This document shows positions 61,639 through 64,000 of a stretch of DNA of 64,000 nt, one piece after another (positions within the stretch are counted from its first letter, which is position 1; every line of letters begins with the position of its first letter). The notes beneath the pieces are model-generated. The model saw nothing but the letters and a program-made list of their open reading frames with translations. It searched no databases and was not told the DNA's origin. The stretch spans positions 192,001-256,000 of the forward strand of contig CAVUSO010000001.1 of the NCBI GenBank assembly GCA_963744145.1, given 5' to 3'. The position numbers and the translations under genes were made by a program. This DNA comes from an uncultured cyanobacterium. GTDB taxonomy: Bacteria; Cyanobacteriota; Cyanobacteriia; Cyanobacteriales; CAWUOF01.

Positions 61639-62346
61639 ATGGTTTCAACTCAAAATCTCCCACCATCAGATCGAGTCGATATTTCAGTGTTGTCTCAAAT
61701 TTTTGAGAATACTACCAACTCTTATAAATACCTTTTTTTCATGTCCCTGTTAGACATTATGAAAAGAAGACACTTTGAGCCTTTATTACCTATTCTTTTT
61801 AAAGAAATTATTGTAGAGATGCTGATCAATGCTTGGTATCCTCATAATTATTTTAATCTTTGTTTTGGGACACAAGATCAGATTGCTAATCAATTAGATG
61901 CTCTGAATTTAGTTATTAATGAGCCAATTTTAAGATTTAGAGATCCAGATAAAACAATTTTAAGAAAAATTATTCAAACTCAAAACCTTGACGATATAAT
62001 TACTGTTATAAGTAGGTACGTTCCTTTTCGTCTTATTCGTCCTTTTTTTGCTCAAGAAACTAAGAGATTGCTGGATGCTAAAGTTAATCAAACTGTCCTC
62101 GAACTTGCCAATTCTAAATTTGAAGTAACAAAACCCATCTATCGCTTTGATTCAGAATATCTAAAAGACTGTACAGCGATTATTTTACATGAAGATTGGG
62201 TAGAATATATGGCTCAAAATTATTCGATTCTCAGGTCGTGGACATCTTGGGAATGGCTTAAATATATGCAGCGTCGTAATCCAAATACTCCAGCGATCGC
62301 TGATAAGTTGTTTCCTCCAGCAAACAGAAACTCAGAAAATCATTAG
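61639..62346 (+). CDS. N-terminal part of an HNH restriction-type endonuclease family protein, probably truncated
   Basis: FENTTNSYKYLFF...AWYPH...YVPFRLIRPF...YMQRRNPN; no HNH motif before the stop. Confidence 0.55.
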   Translation: MVSTQNLPPSDRVDISVLSQIFENTTNSYKYLFFMSLLDIMKRRHFEPLLPILFKEIIVEMLINAWYPHNYFNLCFGTQDQIANQLDALNLVINEPILRFRDPDKTILRKIIQTQNLDDIITVISRYVPFRLIRPFFAQETKRLLDAKVNQTVLELANSKFEVTKPIYRFDSEYLKDCTAIILHEDWVEYMAQNYSILRSWTSWEWLKYMQRRNPNTPAIADKLFPPANRNSENH

Positions 62347-62499
62347 CAAATCGGAGGTTCCTGGTATTGTTGGATGAGAAGCAGCTTGTCGCTTACGTCA
62401 GTTAGAAATGCTTTAAGATGAGACAGCGATCGGATCGCTTAAACTACCTCAACCAATTAAAATAAAGTTAGGTGAAGTTTTTTCCTTAGATAAAGTTTA

Positions 62500-64000
62500 A
62501 TGAACATATCACAAAATTTATCAGATGTCAAGCCCACAACCTTACCTCAACCAGAGAAAGAATTTTTGTCCAACCCAACTCCAGCAAGAGTAACTTGGTC
62601 AATCTTTCCTAGGATAGTCAGAGCTTTTCCGATCTATAATCGCGGCAATAGATTATATCGAGTCGGTCGATATGAAGCAGCGATCGCCTATTACGACAGG
62701 GCACTATCCCAAAAACCAGACTGGTGTGCAGCATGGTTAAAACGTGGTTTAGCTTTGGAAAAATTACAGCATTATCCAGAAGCGATCGCAGCTTATGACC
62801 AAATAATTGCCATTAGACCAAGACACTATTGGGCTTGGACATTTCGGGGTCGAGTATTATATTATTTGCACAAGTATGAAGACGCTTTAGCCTGTTATGA
62901 GAAAGTAATTGCTATTAAACCAAATCAACCTGATATTTGGTATGATCGAGGGATAGTTTTAGAAAATTTACATCGATATCAAGAAGCGATCGCCTCCTAT
63001 AACCAAGCTCTAAAAAATCAATTAGCTGGGTATGAAGTTTGGTATCGTCGCGGTAATATACTGAGAAAATTAAATCAATATCAAGAAGCAGTCACATCTT
63101 ATGATCAAGCACTATTATTAAAACCAGAAGCGATCGAAGTCTGGTTAAATCGAGGTGTTACGCTTGATCATGCCCAAAGGTATGCAGCAGCAATTGAATC
63201 TTACGATCAGGTCATTCAATTGAAATCAGATGAGATCAAAGCTTGGTTAAATCGAGGGATTGCTTTAGAAAAAATGCAACGTTACACAGAAGCAGTCGCT
63301 ACTTATGATCAGGTAATTGCGATGCAACCAGATGCTTATGAAGCTTGGTTTAATAAAGGAATGGCACTGAAACATCAATGGCACGAAGCAGCGATCGCAT
63401 CCTTTGACAAAGCAATTACTATTAAGCCAGAATTTCCCTTAGCATGGTGGGGAAAAGGAATAACTTTATCAGAATCTGGACAACATGAAGCAGCGATCGT
63501 TTGTTTTGATAAAGCGATTGAAATTAATCCAGAATTTCCTAGTGCTTGGTTAGGAAGAGGTGCGGCACTTTATCAACTACGTCGATATGAAAAAGCGATT
63601 CTGGCTTTTAGTAACGCAATTCAACTTAAACCAGAGTTTCCTGAAGCTTGGAATAACCGGGGAGAATGCTTAGAACAATTAAAGCGGTATAACGAAGCAC
63701 TTACTGCTTATGAAAAAATAATTTTCATCTGTCAGAATGATGAATTTTGGAATTATCGGGCTTGGTTAAAATGCGGCAATGTGCTAGAAAAAATGCACGA
63801 ATATGAAAAAGCCATCAACGCTTATAATATCGCGATCGAACTCCAACCCCAAAATCCTGATCCTTGGTTAAGACGTGGTCATGCGTTAGAAAAATTAGAA
63901 CAACACCAACAAACAGTTACTCTTGATGCTCAAAACCCAACAGTTAAACCAGAATCAATTTCAACTTGGTTAAAACGTACTGAAGCACCAGAAAAACATC
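62500..64000 (+). CDS. TPR-repeat protein (runs off the window)
   Basis: ATG at 62500; YNRGNRLYRVGRYEAAIAYYDRAL, AWLKRGLALEKLQHYPEAIAAYDQ and many further 34-aa repeats. Confidence 0.92.
   Translation, partial: MNISQNLSDVKPTTLPQPEKEFLSNPTPARVTWSIFPRIVRAFPIYNRGNRLYRVGRYEAAIAYYDRALSQKPDWCAAWLKRGLALEKLQHYPEAIAAYDQIIAIRPRHYWAWTFRGRVLYYLHKYEDALACYEKVIAIKPNQPDIWYDRGIVLENLHRYQEAIASYNQALKNQLAGYEVWYRRGNILRKLNQYQEAVTSYDQALLLKPEAIEVWLNRGVTLDHAQRYAAAIESYDQVIQLKSDEIKAWLNRGIALEKMQRYTEAVATYDQVIAMQPDAYEAWFNKGMALKHQWHEAAIASFDKAITIKPEFPLAWWGKGITLSESGQHEAAIVCFDKAIEINPEFPSAWLGRGAALYQLRRYEKAILAFSNAIQLKPEFPEAWNNRGECLEQLKRYNEALTAYEKIIFICQNDEFWNYRAWLKCGNVLEKMHEYEKAINAYNIAIELQPQNPDPWLRRGHALEKLEQHQQTVTLDAQNPTVKPESISTWLKRTEAPEKH

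Noticed and set aside
1-64000. Very frequent GCGATCGC octamer
   Set aside because: This is the well-known cyanobacterial HIP1 sequence; useful only as a taxonomic clue

Overview
Cyanobacterial chromosomal window (AT-rich, dense in HIP1 GCGATCGC octamers). Core genes include petB/petD, ctpA, dps, folB, glnA with a canonical NtcA promoter, apcF, ybeY, dgkA, rsmI, coaX and flv3/flv1. The ~9.7-18.7 kb block is a decaying defence/mobile island: an IS4 relic, two copies of a ~250-300 bp MITE, deleted DISARM-like helicase and N6-methyltransferase fragments, and a PARIS-like ABC-ATPase + TOPRIM-like pair whose second gene is split by an IS200/IS605 (tnpA/tnpB) element. Most notable oddities: a stand-alone animal-type galectin domain protein beside a secreted alpha-amylase; a ~2 kb hierarchical tandem array of seven ~280 bp double-hairpin units upstream of a GC-rich Fic gene; an identical 24-nt micro-element inserted both in the amylase ORF and in one array unit; an orphan RnfD-like + twin DUF2330 operon; an SDR-GMC-aquaporin-VOC operon; a tnpB-less IS605 derivative that may retain an omegaRNA; and a bacteriophytochrome with a degenerate kinase. 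All calls come from reading the sequence and recalled motifs; no searches were run.
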